Source: Octopus vulgaris (lineage: Eukaryota). From it: 64,000 bases of DNA. Below the pieces are notes generated by a model. It saw only the letters and a program-made list of their open reading frames with translations, did no database searches and was not told the origin of the DNA. The stretch spans positions 37,696,001-37,760,000 of the forward strand of contig OX597828.1 in the NCBI GenBank assembly GCA_951406725.2, read 5' to 3'. The position numbers and the translations under genes are program-made. Positions 43,836-56,472 of this stretch are shown here, one piece after another. Each line of letters starts with the position of its first letter. The first letter of the stretch is position 1.

Positions 43836-44030
43836 TATTGGTGCAACAAGGCACCAATATGCATTGGAAATAAATAGCAGTTGATACAATTACGACACTA
43901 TTGTAAAGCTTCACTGAGTGTATACTGACGTGTGGGTGCAACAAACATGAAAAATTTGTCTTGCCTCTTTCAAAAATTAAAATTCTAAAGGGTCGAAACA
44001 AACCCGAGTAACGCCGGGCGATGCTGTTAG
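43836..44030 (+). mobile_element. Helitron 3' end fragment
   Basis: CCCGAGTAACGCCGGG + 8 nt + TTAG|T, same terminus as 17492-17519. Confidence 0.55.
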
Positions 44031-44046
44031 TATATATATATATATA

Positions 44047-44274
<228 letters not shown>

Positions 44275-45158
44275 ACAGGCCTCTTTCAGTTTCCCTCAAC
44301 CAAATCAACTCACAAAGATTTGGTCGACTCGAGATTATAGTGAAAGTTATTTGCCCAAGTTGCTACGCAGTGGGACCAGACTCGGAACCATGTTGTTTGG
44401 AAGCAAGCTTCTTACTACACAGAAACGCCTGTTTGTATGTATTTTTATGCGTGTGCATGTTTCTAGAGGGATTGCTTTGTTGATAATGGCATGGAATGTC
44501 GCAAACAATACGTATTTCTCAATGTATTGAAGACGAAATGATAATTATTTATCTGAGCTGAGATTTCTTTCTAAGATATCATTAAAGTATATTTATTCCC
44601 TGAAGATGTCTAAGAAACACATTTGAGAAACTGTAAGCACAATAGATAAGCATATATACATGTATATATATGTATATGTGCATATATATATATATATATA
44701 TACATATATATTGGTATGTGTGTGTGTTGAAGTGTGTAGAAATGTGTATATGTCTGTATACAGAGATAAAACGGGAGGGAGAGCAGGAGAGAGAAAAATG
44801 TAAGAAAGCAAGGACACTAGATAATCAATAACAGTGAGTTAGTTACATGAAGATAGAATCTCTTGGTAGATGCCTGATAAATCTTATTTTTCAGAATGTA
44901 ACTTCTGTAAAGTAACCAGAAGAAGGTCATATAATTAAATTTCATGAAAATATAATTGTGAATTTTTATTAATATTTTTGATTGTAAATTATGTTTTAAA
45001 ATAAAAAAAAAAACGTTTCTTATTTTTAAGAAGGATAACTCCATAAGTTTGTTAAATGTTTTTAAGAAGGATATTGAGAAACGAAACCGGTTTGGGTATA
45101 GACAGACAATAACACAGAAAGTACAATTCTCATATGCGTGTATATACGTGCGTATATG

Positions 45159-45229
<71 letters not shown>

Positions 45230-45230
<1 letters not shown>

Positions 45231-47374
45231 CTGACAAGGGTGGAGCTGTAGTGGTGTGGAGCGCGGACCTCTATAGGGCCGAGGCTTTCCGCCAACTCAA
45301 TGACACCTCCTTCTACTCACCTCTGCCCTCTAACCCCACACGTAGCTACCAACAGACGGTATCCTCTACTGTCCGCGACCTCATCTCGTCCTCCCGTCTC
45401 CCCCGCACCGCATCCAACCTAATTGTGCGAACCCCACGTACCCCCACCATTTACTTCCTCCCCAAAATCCACAAACCCAACAACCCTGGCCGCCCCATCG
45501 TCTCCGCCTGTAACTGCCCCACGGAGCTCATCTCTAAATATCTCGACCGTGTCCTTGCCCCCTTAGTGGCATCTCTTCCCTCCCACATCCACGATACCAA
45601 CCATGCTCTCCGGCTTTTCAACTCTTTCTCCTTTCCTCCCGGCTCCTCCAAAATCCTTTTTACTATGGACATCCAAAGCCTCTATACTGTTATCCCTCAC
45701 CACGAAGGACTGCAGGCCCTTCGACACTTTCTTGACCTCCGCTCTAACCCTGTACCTGACACCTCCACACTCATTCGTCTGGCCGAACTTGTCCTTACTC
45801 TGAACTGCTTCTCGTTCGCGGGCGAGTTCTACCATCAGATCTCGGGAGTGGCCATGGGAACGCGAATGGGCCCCAACTATGCGAACCTGTTCGTTGGCTA
45901 TGTTGAGGCCCAAATATTCTCTAATTTCACTAGTCCCACTCCTGAACTATATGGTCGTTACATTGATGACATTATCGGTGCCACCTCACTCTCCCGTGAA
46001 CATCTAGATTCCTTCCTCTCTTTCGTCCAATCTTTCCATCCAGCCCTCCACTTCACTTCCACTATCTCCAACACCTCTGTCTCCTTCCTCGACATTTCGG
46101 TTAGCATTCTTCACTCCACTCTTACCACCTCCATTCACTACAAACACACAGACTCACACTCATACCTCAACTTCTCTTCCTCCCACCCAGAACACCCCAA
46201 GCTTTCCATCCCCTATTCCCAATTCCTCCGTCTACGTAGGCTCTGTAGTGACGACCATGACTTTGAGACTCAGTCTCAACGTATGGCTCACCACTTCACC
46301 CTACGTGGATACCCCCTCACCACTATCCACACCGCCCTTGCCAGAGCACGGTCCGTGGACCGTGTATCTGCTCTCTCTCCCCGAACCCGCCCTGTAGTCT
46401 CCCGCCTCCTTTTTCCCCTCACTTACCACCCCACGACCCTACGTCTCCAACGCACTATTCTTCGAGCTTTCCGTCATCTCCAGTCCGACCCGTCCACTTC
46501 ACACCTCTTCCCTAACCGACCCCTCCCCTTTTTCAAACGAGCCCACAACCTTCGAGACCTTTTGGTCCATAGCTCCTTCCCTGACTCTACCTCCCAACCC
46601 GGCTCGTTCCCCTGCTCCCGCCCACGTTGCCGCACTTGCCCTTACCTCTCCAACACCACCCTCCTCACTAGCACCCACCATCGACCCTATCCCATCATCC
46701 ACTCCTTCACCTGCACCTCCAGCAATATTATCTATTGCGTCTCTGGCTCTCTCTGCCATTCCTTGTACATCGGACAAACGGGACGCCGCTTGGCTGACCG
46801 GTTCGCGGAACACCTTCGTGACATCCACCTTGCGAACGACACACCGGTCTCACGCCATTTCCGCTCCACCGGTCACTCCTTGCAACACCTATCTGTGTTC
46901 GGTTTGTCCTTACACAGAGGCCATCCGGATTCCCGTTTGCGCCGTGAACAGGAATTAATCTTCTCTCTTCGCTCTTATACACCATTTGGTCTCAACTCTC
47001 CCCCCTCCTCATCTAACCCCCCTCTCCCCCTCCTCACCTATCCTTCCCCCCCCCCGACCCCTACTTCTTCAGTCCTTCATCCTTTCACCCCTACTCCCCT
47101 TCCCTTCTCCCTATTTCTCCCTCCCTCCTTCCCTCTTCCCCTTCCCTCTGCTCCCTCATTCCCCTTCTCTCTCCCCCTCTCCCTCTTTCCTCCTTCATCC
47201 CACCTCCTCCCCTTCCTTCTCCACCTCTCTCCCCCTCTTCCCCCCTCCTCTCCTCTTCCCCCTCTCCTCCCCCTCTTCTCCCCCTCCCCCTCTTCTCCTC
47301 TCTCCACACTACACCACACGACTTTACACATCACATCATATATGATGTGCCATACTAATACATACACCAACTAA
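45230..47374 (+). CDS. PLE reverse transcriptase + GIY-YIG endonuclease (5'-truncated; homology ends ~46997, remainder is low-complexity read-through)
   Basis: Frame is open from 45230 (ADKGGAVVVW). RT motifs: YFLPKIHK..GRPIVS, TMDIQSLYT, QISGVAMG..MGPNYANLF, RYIDD (YIDD at 45959-45970), FLD, K.TDSHSYL...SSHP. Cys linker CSRPRCRTC. Endonuclease NIIYC..C..LYIGQT..RF.EH. Typical PLE end YTPFGLN. Confidence 0.93.
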
Positions 47375-47680
47375 TACATACTAATACATACTAATACATA
47401 CTAATACATACACCAACCCTATACATACACACGTCCAGACCTCTCATACGCACTTATACTCTCTCATACACACACGCACACACTTATACATACTAATACG
47501 TACTAATACATACTAATACATACACCAACCCCATACATACGCACGTCCAGACCTATCATACGCACTAATAATCTCTCATACGCACACACACACACACACA
47601 CCCTTATACATACTAATACATACTAATACATACACCAACCCTATACATACACACGTCCATACCTCTCCTACGCACTAATA
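47353..47680 (+). repeat. Minisatellite in PLE 3' region (~115-bp units, about 3 copies, with TACTAATACA subrepeats)
   Basis: Unit 'tactaatacatacaccaacc(c/t)atacatac(a/g)cacgtcca(g/t)acct..catacgcact' recurs near 47400, 47511 and 47621. Confidence 0.85.
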
Positions 47681-47739
47681 GCTGGTCATTCAACCCTATT
47701 ATCAACCCTATTATCTCCCCTTATTTCGCTCTCGCGTCT

Positions 47740-47781
47740 CATGTTTGATCTTTGACCTCTGGCCGAAATCAGATCGCCATG
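47740..47781 (+). ncRNA. Degenerate upstream hammerhead motif in PLE 3' end
   Basis: CATG..TTGATCT..GACC tct GGCC-GAAA-TCAGA-TC-GCCATG: palindromic stem III ATC-A-GAT and CATG/CATG stem I, but the CUGANGA core is decayed. Confidence 0.4.
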
Positions 47782-47846
47782 TTGATTCGTTAGTTACTGC
47801 ACGCATTTTTTTCTCTCCTTCTTTCTGTGTTTTTTCTCTCTGTGTA

Positions 47847-47884
47847 TCTTTATGTTGAAGAGCGTAGGCTCGAAACGTTAAAGA
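47847..47884 (+). ncRNA. Type I hammerhead ribozyme motif in PLE 3' end (core mutated, AUGUUGA)
   Basis: TCTTT-ATGTTGAA-GAGC gtag GCTC-GAAA-CG-TT-AAAGA: 5-bp stem I, 4-bp stem II, palindromic ACGT stem III. Confidence 0.7.
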
Positions 47885-47982
47885 CTTGTTTTATTTATAT
47901 TTCCTGAGCGCCATACTAATACAATTGTTTGTTTGTTTCCCACCTGCCTTCGTCTTTTGTCTATTTTCATAAAGCTTCCCGT

Positions 47983-48044
<62 letters not shown>

Positions 48045-48047
<3 letters not shown>

Positions 48048-48234
48048 AGAGTTTACGAAAAAAGCACAAAAGGAAGATAGGTAGTGTACAAAACAAACAG
48101 ATGTATTAGTATAACGCTCAGGAAAAGAAAAAGTCTTTTACGTTTCGAGCCTACGCTCTTCTACAGAAAGGGACACAGAATAAATAAGGAGAGAAAAAAT
48201 GTGTGTAGTGGCTAACGATCTATCATGGAGACTG
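48045..48234 (-). mobile_element. ~190-bp PLE 3'-end derivative with hammerhead, (TA)n-flanked
   Basis: Reverse complement is homologous to 47770-47982. TA repeats on both sides. Confidence 0.85.
48133..48174 (-). ncRNA. Type I hammerhead ribozyme (variant core CUGUAGA)
   Basis: Minus strand reads gtccCTTT-CTGTAGAA-GAGC gtag GCTC-GAAA-CG-TA-AAAGac. Predicted cut after GUA (48139/48138). Confidence 0.75.
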
Positions 48235-49296
48235 TGTATATATATACACACAATATGTATACACAATGAGTGAGAGAGACGGGGAAAGCGAGAGAGAGTG
48301 GGGATGAAGGAGAGACCGTTGCTTCGAACCGAAACGGATGTTTTGTGATAGGACACGGAAATCGTTATTTCATAAATATACAATATCATTATCCCAGCAA
48401 AACTGAGACATTAGCACATACAGGAATCTTCAAATCAAATGCTATTAACACTATTCTCAATAGTGAAAATTATGAATATATATTTACACATATTCCATAC
48501 TTTACTATTAAAGACCACAAATACAATCTTGATTACCTTAAATATATTTCTTGCCTTAGCATTTTATGTTTAAAACATTATCTATTATTTTACTTTCTTT
48601 GCAATATTGATTTCTCTTTGGCAAATATAATACATTTGATAACAGTATATTCATTAACACTCCACAAAATTTGGTTACTTATAACACAAAACAAAAACTG
48701 ATTAGAGCAGTAAAGTTGTATTTTAAACGAACACTTGATCAATCAGCAAAATTAATGCATTTCTACACCGAAGATGTTATCTTGCAAACTGGTAAAGTTC
48801 TGCCAAATAAATATTGCATATACAGTAGAGGTATTCCATTGTATAATAAAACATAATTTTAATAGACACGAACATCTTCATTAATCCATTTTCGTTTCAA
48901 AACAAAAGGATATTTCTTGTCGTTAACGATGTTCCTATATCAATTATTCTTCGATCCTTTTCTTCCTGCTGGATATAGTTTTATTTCCTATTGTTCATCC
49001 TATTCAGAATTCAAATAATGTTCAACGGTAAACAATAGATGAAAATGGAAATTTTATAGTTAACGTTTGATGTACGCAATGGCTTCTTTTCATTACGTGC
49101 AAACACATTTCGCTATTGACAGTGGTATATTTTCTTGGTAAATTAAACTATTTATCCATGCAAAATACTTCTTGCCGTTTTACGCATTTTTCTGTTCCCA
49201 TTTTGAAGACGGTCATAGTTTCAGTTAGTTTAAGCATAAGTGCTTATAGTTTCAAAGAGTGGAAGCAAGGTACAAATAAATTTAGATACAAATTAA

Positions 49297-49505
49297 GGCG
49301 ATGAAACGCTAGAAACATTAGGGCGTCGAACAAAAAATGTTTGGTGGCATTTCTTCGAGGTCTAGACGTGTAAATTCATATTCCACCGAGATTAATTTTT
49401 CATTTTTCATCCATTCAGGGCCGATAAAATACGTGCCAGTTGAGCCCTACAATCTATGTAATTGTCTAACACCAACCCCGAAAATTACAGGCGTTGTACA
49501 TATAC
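49297..49505 (+). mobile_element. SINE family C, very degenerate
   Basis: ttcatattccaccgag..ttcatccattcagggccgataaaa. Confidence 0.6.
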
Positions 49506-49984
49506 TAGTGTTGTGGAAGGATTCCGACCCTCGCCTCCGTGACTAAAAGTGGACCGATACATTATTAGAAAGTAAAGAGCTGTCCAGTTGACAAGAGCAA
49601 TTTATTGTGAGCAATGGACGTAATGCGTTGAGCCATGGGTACAAGTAGCCATAGTGCGTCGTGTGAATAATCTCTTTCCTCCCAATTCGTTAAATTATTT
49701 ACACAACACCAGGATATATAAACTAGAAAAAAAAATCCTAGGTAAATATATTCTTTAATATAATTGGCATAAATCAAATGATTATTCGACAAGATGAAAA
49801 AGATGACGGACTAAATACAATTAACCTTTAGTCGACCAGGCTGAACACTTAAAGCAAAACTACTTGTCCCAGGGAAACCTGTCAAATCTCTGACATGTTC
49901 AGTTCAAATCAACGGTTGACATGTAGAATATTTAGTAAAATATATTCTAATATATCATCGAAGCCGTTGTAAGATTTTCCGAAA

Positions 49985-50175
49985 TAATATTTCTTTCTAT
50001 TCTCAGCACAATGTCTGTAATTTGAGAGGAGTTGGCTAGTCGATTACTTCGACCCCCATGCTCATCTGTTACTCATTATGAAGAGCCCGAATGGATGAAA
50101 GACAAAGTCAACCTCAGCCGAGAAATTCCTATAAGCTTTTTGTCCAACGTGTTGACGATTCTATGAGCTAAGCTT
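49985..50175 (-). mobile_element. SINE family C, very degenerate
   Basis: gtcgattacttcgacccc..ggatgaaagacaaagtcaacctcagc. Confidence 0.6.
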
Positions 50176-50610
50176 GCTGCTGCTTTATATTCCAAAATGA
50201 TATTAATAATCTATTTCTGCTTAACATCAAATATTTAACATCTCTATACCCGGAAAAGAAGGAAAATGGAAATTACAAAACGAATGAAAGACGAGGCAAA
50301 TATGAAATGCAACAATCAACACATACAGGGAGTGGAATAATATCATTCAAAATCCTAGAAACCTACGAAATATGGTTCGTTGTCGTCTTAAAATTCGGCA
50401 AACGGTCCTCTGTCAGCGCCTCAAGCCCAGATGCAACAAAAGAAATAACTAGTTCTTACTGAAATTAAGAATACACTTTACTGTTTTTTGAAATAAATCG
50501 ATGGAATGTTGGAGGGTTCCAAAGTGCGATTTCTAGCAAAGATTCTTCTTATTTTGCTGGTAGATTACTGCCGTAAGGTTTTTGCAAATATGAAGATATT
50601 ACATATATAT

Positions 50611-50852
50611 GGTATGTTATGAGAATTTATGGTAAGGTATCCCATAGAAACTCAACAAATACTTTAAAAATGGAGAAGCGAAGATGTTAAAATTTGAAAG
50701 AATTTCAATACATGCATACGATCGTTTCAAACAGCGATATTAACATGTAATTACATGGTAGAATAACTAAAATTAATTTGATTAAATTAAATTTTTTAAC
50801 ATATTTGTTGAGTTTCTATCGGATACCTTTCCATAAAGTCTCTTAACACACA
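50611..50852. mobile_element. MITE with ~55-bp TIRs
   Basis: 50615-50670 is the reverse complement of 50793-50848 (ttatgg(t/a)aaggtatcc(c/g)atagaaactcaacaaata). Confidence 0.75.
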
Positions 50853-50880
50853 CAAATACACACACACACACACACACACA

Positions 50881-50914
<34 letters not shown>

Positions 50915-52670
50915 TCATACAATTAGCTCTCAGTTATGATTACGTTAATACCATCACATGGAGAAGAAATTTAATTAGTTTTCCTGTTACATTCATAGTT
51001 TGATCTACATAGTGTTTTCGATTAATCAGATATTGTTTGCAGATATCTATCCCATTTTGGATGGGTTTTTTCTAGGAAGTTGTCTTTAAGTGTTTTGTCA
51101 TGATGTTAAAGAGAGCAATTGATGCAAGTGCCCCAAAGCTTGAGGGACGGTTTATAGGCTGCCCTGACCTTTAATATGTCCTCCGTGTAGTAATGGAAAG
51201 AGTGAAGGGACTTTTTCCAACACTGAAGGATAAACCTCATAGAGTTTTTTTTTGCGTAAGGTCTTAGTCCGTCGCTCTTTAAAGAGTACCTCCAACGTTT
51301 ACTATGACTTCCAAGTAATTAGTACGGGACTAAAATATTTATGTGAGGTGTATTGGCGATTAGTTCAATTTCAGTCACTTAACCGCTGCAAAAGGAAAAG
51401 AGTACTCAGCTTATATATCAAGCATCGTCGCAATTCGAACTCAGAATATCAAAGGACTTAATTGATATTACTCTATAAATTAAGAACACGGTCACATATT
51501 TGGAGGAGAGGAATAGTTGAGGAAACCACCGAGAGGGCTTGTCTGGTCTTTATATTACCGACCACTGTAATTATGAAAGACAATGTTGATATAAGCGATG
51601 TTCGAAATGAAGACATGATTAATATTGATCCATATTGATTTCTAATACTGAACTGAGGGTATTGAAGGATGAGTCTAAATATTGCAAAGCATTTAATCCA
51701 TCATCGCTCGACGCTCCATTGTCTCTGTTGCTCACTACTTTCCCCTTTTTTGTTTTATTATTGTTTTGGTACTTTTTATCTGACTATATTGATTTGTTAT
51801 ATAGAACAATGCGTGAAAGCAACATAAAAATGTATAGTAGTAATTAAAAATAACATAATAAATTTTTCTAAATTAGAATTTTAAATTTGAGATATTTATA
51901 TACAATATTTCGTATCGTTGAATTAATATCCTGAAATTTTCACGAAGTCATTGTTGATTTCATTAAAATAGATTAGAAATGAATAAACTACTAACAGCTT
52001 CAAAGAAAACCACTTGATTATTAGACATTAAACATTTTAAGCGCTGTTTTAATGACAGATAGAGACAACAGGCATTCTGAGGAGACACCAATTATGCATC
52101 ACCCTGTGAGTTGTGTTATTTGGTATTTGATATTCATAATCTTCGAGAATACATTTTACAATTTCTGCCAAATGAATTCTAATACAATTCGCTGCTGAGA
52201 TCAAATACGTTCAGAATATTGTCCACTTCGATCTGCATTCGTTTTTAGATTACAAAATCGCATGACTGACATTCTCGAAGTTATGCAACCTTGTTGATTT
52301 TTTTAGTCTCTAATAAACATAAAAGTTTTTATCTACTAATTAAGCAGAAAATTTCAGCTAATCGATCTTTATTTAACTGCATATATCACTTCTGTGAGAT
52401 CTATAACTGTGTTGTTTGTTTGACGTACATAATTCTCGTTTCTGCATCTCATGTAGGTCAATATTTATGCATCTCTCTAATTTAGGATTTCTGAGCAGAG
52501 TAGGAGTTGCTGGTGAGGATTGATAACTTCGGAACACGTCCGTTGCTTTCACCAGTCGCTTGAAAGAGATCTACTCTTATCCGCTGCATGTTTATCTTAC
52601 AAAAACCCGTCGCTTGCCTGATGTGAATGGAGTTGTTATCACTGGTTATTGTTTCCTTAATTTTGAAATC

Positions 52671-52730
<60 letters not shown>

Positions 52731-53370
52731 ACTAGTCTAACAGTCCAGCTAATCTCAGCTAATTGAAGTTCTTACTACCATTATATTACTAATATAAAAG
52801 TCTATAGCTTACGTGCTTTGTTATTTCTACCAAAGTCCTAAACTTCACTTATTTCGATAAATAACTGTCATATATAAAACCACAAGAACACGGAGGAAAG
52901 AAACTACGTTGGAAGAGAATTTCAACAATAATCACCGGATAAAAGGAAAAAAACCAAAAACGTATAATTACAAACTCAAACATCTTTTCTGCGTTTCGGG
53001 ATATTAAATCGATAGAAAGAGAGTCTTTTATAACTCACTCGAGCAGGGAATTGTTGCTTACTGATATATATCCGGGTGTTGGTCGTTCGTCAAGGATTCC
53101 TTAGTGAATTTATCCAGCAACCGTTTGGGTGCTGTAGGGTCTACTTTTTCACCTTTGATTTCTTTCAGAATAATATTTGAATAGGGCAGAACCATTTAAG
53201 GTAGACAAAAAAGGTTTGTCATTATATTAATTGCTATGCACTCGATTTTCGTAGAGGGCGTATGAGTATGATGCCAAACGTCGAATGAATTGTGAACCTC
53301 GTAATGTGTAACCTTCTGTATGTATGGTACTTGAGCGGAATATGCTTCTTGAAGAAGTTTAAGAATACAG

Positions 53371-53578
53371 AAATATTGGTTTCAAATTTTAGCACAAGGC
53401 CAGCAATTTCGGAAGAGGGGTTGAGTCAATTACATTGACTCCAGTGTTTAACTGGTACTTGCTTTATCGAGCTCTAGAATGATGAAAGGTAAAGTCAATT
53501 CTGGAAACTTTTGAACTAGGCAGTTAAAGTCGGAAGAAATGCCCCTGAGAATATATCTGGTGCGGTAACGATTCTGCT
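53371..53578 (-). mobile_element. SINE family C
   Basis: aactggtactt..ttatcga..gatgaaaggtaaagtcaa. Confidence 0.75.
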
Positions 53579-54303
53579 ATATATCTTCTGCGGTAACGAC
53601 ACCTTAAAGAATACATAAATATACACAAATTACTTTTCGATTCTACGAACAAAATGTTTAACGCAAAACCAAATCTACAATCATTTCTTAAACAAAGGAA
53701 CAAAGAGGCGTTAGAATTTTATTCTCCTCTCCACGTAATCTTTTACTTCTAACAAACCTCGTTTTTCTCAAACCAGATCATCCATCAGGAATCTTGTAGA
53801 ACTTCTATGTTTCACTGAATTCTTTAAGTTTGTTTTCGTTTGTATTCATACATTTGGTCATTTCCAATGGAAGCTTTTTAAGAATTAAGTACTCCAGCAC
53901 AAGAAAGAATATTACTACTGACTTCAAAGCCGGTTTTGTTTATACAGTCGCTTAATGTTGAAGTAATTTTAGATAACGGTGAGAATTCTATTACCTTCCT
54001 TAGATTCCATGTTTAATCTTGCAGTCTACGAGACCGTAATCGAAACCTGAAGATAAACATGAAAACCAGAAATACTAATTCGTAAACTAAAAGACTTTTA
54101 TAGTTTTATCACAGACTTCTGGTTTTCGTTCTTGTGTTGGTTAATGTTTTTTCACCCTCATATTCTTTCTTTCTCTCTTTCTTTCTTGTATTCTTCTTCC
54201 TTTTCACTTTCCTTTTTTCACTTAATTTTCTTCTTCCTCGTCTTCTCTTTCTCCTTCTCCTTCTTCTCCTCCCCACCACCACGACCTCCTCCTCCTCCTC
54301 CTC

Positions 54304-54355
<52 letters not shown>

Positions 54356-54572
54356 GGGTGCGGAACTGCTAGGCTTGATAACACGTCGGACACAGTTTTG
54401 TTCCTTATCTTCACGCTCTGAGTTCAAATTCATCCGAGATCACCTTCGTCCTTCATCCTTTCTCACGTGGGGTCGATCAAATAAAGTACTGTACCAGCTT
54501 AGCACTGGGAGTTAATATCTTCAACAACTCACTCACTTCAAGATTCTTGAGCGTGTGCCAAAATCTGAAACA
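54356..54572 (+). mobile_element. SINE family C, degenerate
   Basis: ctgagttcaaattc..cttcatcctttc..ggggtcgatcaaataaagtac. Confidence 0.7.
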
Positions 54573-54745
54573 ATCATCATCATCATCATCATCATTATCA
54601 TCCTCGGCATCATCGGCATCATCGGCATCATCATCATCATCAACATTATCACCGTCCCCAGTATCGTCGTCGTCGTAAACCTTATTAGCTCTTTATACAT
54701 CATCCTCATGAAAATACCGTGGGACAAGTAGGTGCAACAGCAGCT

Positions 54746-54819
<74 letters not shown>

Positions 54820-54945
54820 GGTGGTGGTAGTAGTTGTAGTGGTGGTAGTAGTAGTAGTGGTGGTGGTGGTGGTGGTGGTAGTAGTAGTAGTGGTAGTAGG
54901 GTAGTGGTAGTAGTAGTAGTTGTTGTAGTAGTAGTAGTAGTAGTT

Positions 54946-54988
<43 letters not shown>

Positions 54989-55043
54989 CGGTGGTGGTGG
55001 TAGTGGTGGTGGTGATTGTAGTAGTTGTAGTGGTGTTGTAGTG

Positions 55044-55080
<37 letters not shown>

Positions 55081-55160
55081 TAGTATTAGTGTTGGTAGTA
55101 GTAGTGGTGGTAGTAGTAGTAGTAGTGGTGGTTGTGGTGGTGGTAGTAGTGGTAGTAGTG

Positions 55161-55237
<77 letters not shown>

Positions 55238-55282
55238 TGTGGTGGTGGTGGTGGTATTAGTAGTAGTAATAGTAGTAGTAGT
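54746..55282. repeat. (GTA/GTG)n array
   Basis: Direct reading. Confidence 0.95.
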
Positions 55283-55613
55283 ATTGGTAACATCAGTAGC
55301 CCTAACAGCAGAAGCAGAAGCAATGAAAATAACTGGTGACTCATCAGGAGTGAGCTAGATGGCAACATTTTGCTTCCTTGGTATTAGTACTAGAATTAGT
55401 ATTAGTATTAAATGTTCAGACATAATTTAAAAATCTCCCCGTCTTCAAGTAGGATGGTTTGTTTCTTTTCTATGGTTTTGCCGCGGCCGCTAATGTTTAC
55501 TGAAGACATTATATATTCATGTTACACACGTCTATACACGCAGACACACGTAAGGACGCACAAAGTCTGCGCACGCATACACACGCACACACGCATAGAA
55601 AGATAAGTGCATA

Positions 55614-56127
55614 CAGCAAACCCTCGACTATCGCGGGTGCTACGTTCCAAAACATCCCACAGAAATAATTTAATTCTAAGAAAATATAAATACCTATCGG
55701 TTGAAGAAATTCGCGATGTGCTTAGGAGTTCTTGATATATATTTACATATCACGTGATCACATGGCCGACCAGGCTATCAGATGTTGCTACACATCGCTG
55801 GTCACAATGTTTTAGCCTTGAAATGACGCCACCCCGCTGGCTAAGCGAGCAGGCCAACAGAAGAAACAGTGAGAGAAATTTGTGGCGAAAGAGTGCAGCA
55901 GGGATCGCCCCCACATCCTACCGGAGCCTCTTGGAGCCTTAGGTGTTTTCGTTCAATAAACACTCACAACGCCCGGTCTGGGAATCGAAACCTCGATCCT
56001 ACGACCGCGAGTCCGCTACCCTAATCACTCGGCCATTGCGCTTCCACATATTTACATATAATAACCAGAAATATCGCGATACACTGAGAGCGTGATAGGG
56101 GAATTACGATATGGTGAGGGATTACTG
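55614..56127. mobile_element. pogo/Tigger-type MITE with nested SINE
   Basis: TA|CAGCAAACCCTCG ... GAGGGATTACTG|TA. Confidence 0.8.
55751..56047 (-). mobile_element. SINE family B, tail type 2
   Basis: Reverse complement of 42979-43290. Flanking repeat ATATTTACATAT is a probable TSD. Confidence 0.9.
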
Positions 56128-56265
56128 TACATGCTGATGAGAAGTTTAAGGACTGAAGCATTGTGGGTTCATATTGAAACTTAGATTTCTAAACTATTGG
56201 TAAAATGCTTGCGGTCGTCTAAGTCGGCGAGCTGGCGCCATCGTTAGCACGCCGAGTAAAATACT

Positions 56266-56364
56266 TTTAAGTTTCGAGCCTACGCTCTTCTACAGAAAGG
56301 TGCACAGAAAAAACAAGGAGAGAAAAAAATGTGTGTAGTGGCTAACGATCTATCATGGCGACTG
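56266..56364 (-). mobile_element. Partial copy of the same PLE-derived hammerhead element, fused to a SINE head
   Basis: gtttcgagcctacgctcttctacagaaagg...gctaacgatctatcatggcgactg matches 48142-48234. Confidence 0.8.
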
Positions 56365-56382
56365 ATATATCGATATATATAT

Positions 56383-56472
<90 letters not shown>

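Larger units (their letters stand above)
45229..47982 (+). mobile_element. Penelope-like retroelement (PLE, Neptune-like), 5'-truncated, inserted in (TA)n
   Basis: Both junctions abut (TA)n arrays. Contains an RT + GIY-YIG ORF, a C/T-rich tract, a minisatellite 3' region and hammerhead motifs near the 3' end. Confidence 0.93.

Noticed and set aside
44595-44640. CTGAAGA..GAAA motif
   Set aside because: No stem I or stem II pairing.
47353-47680. CRISPR-like periodicity
   Set aside because: Units are homologous along their whole length with no unique spacers, and the context is eukaryotic.
52486-52512. 27-nt micro-exon candidate (tttag..GTGAGG)
   Set aside because: Signals of this strength are expected by chance in 64 kb.
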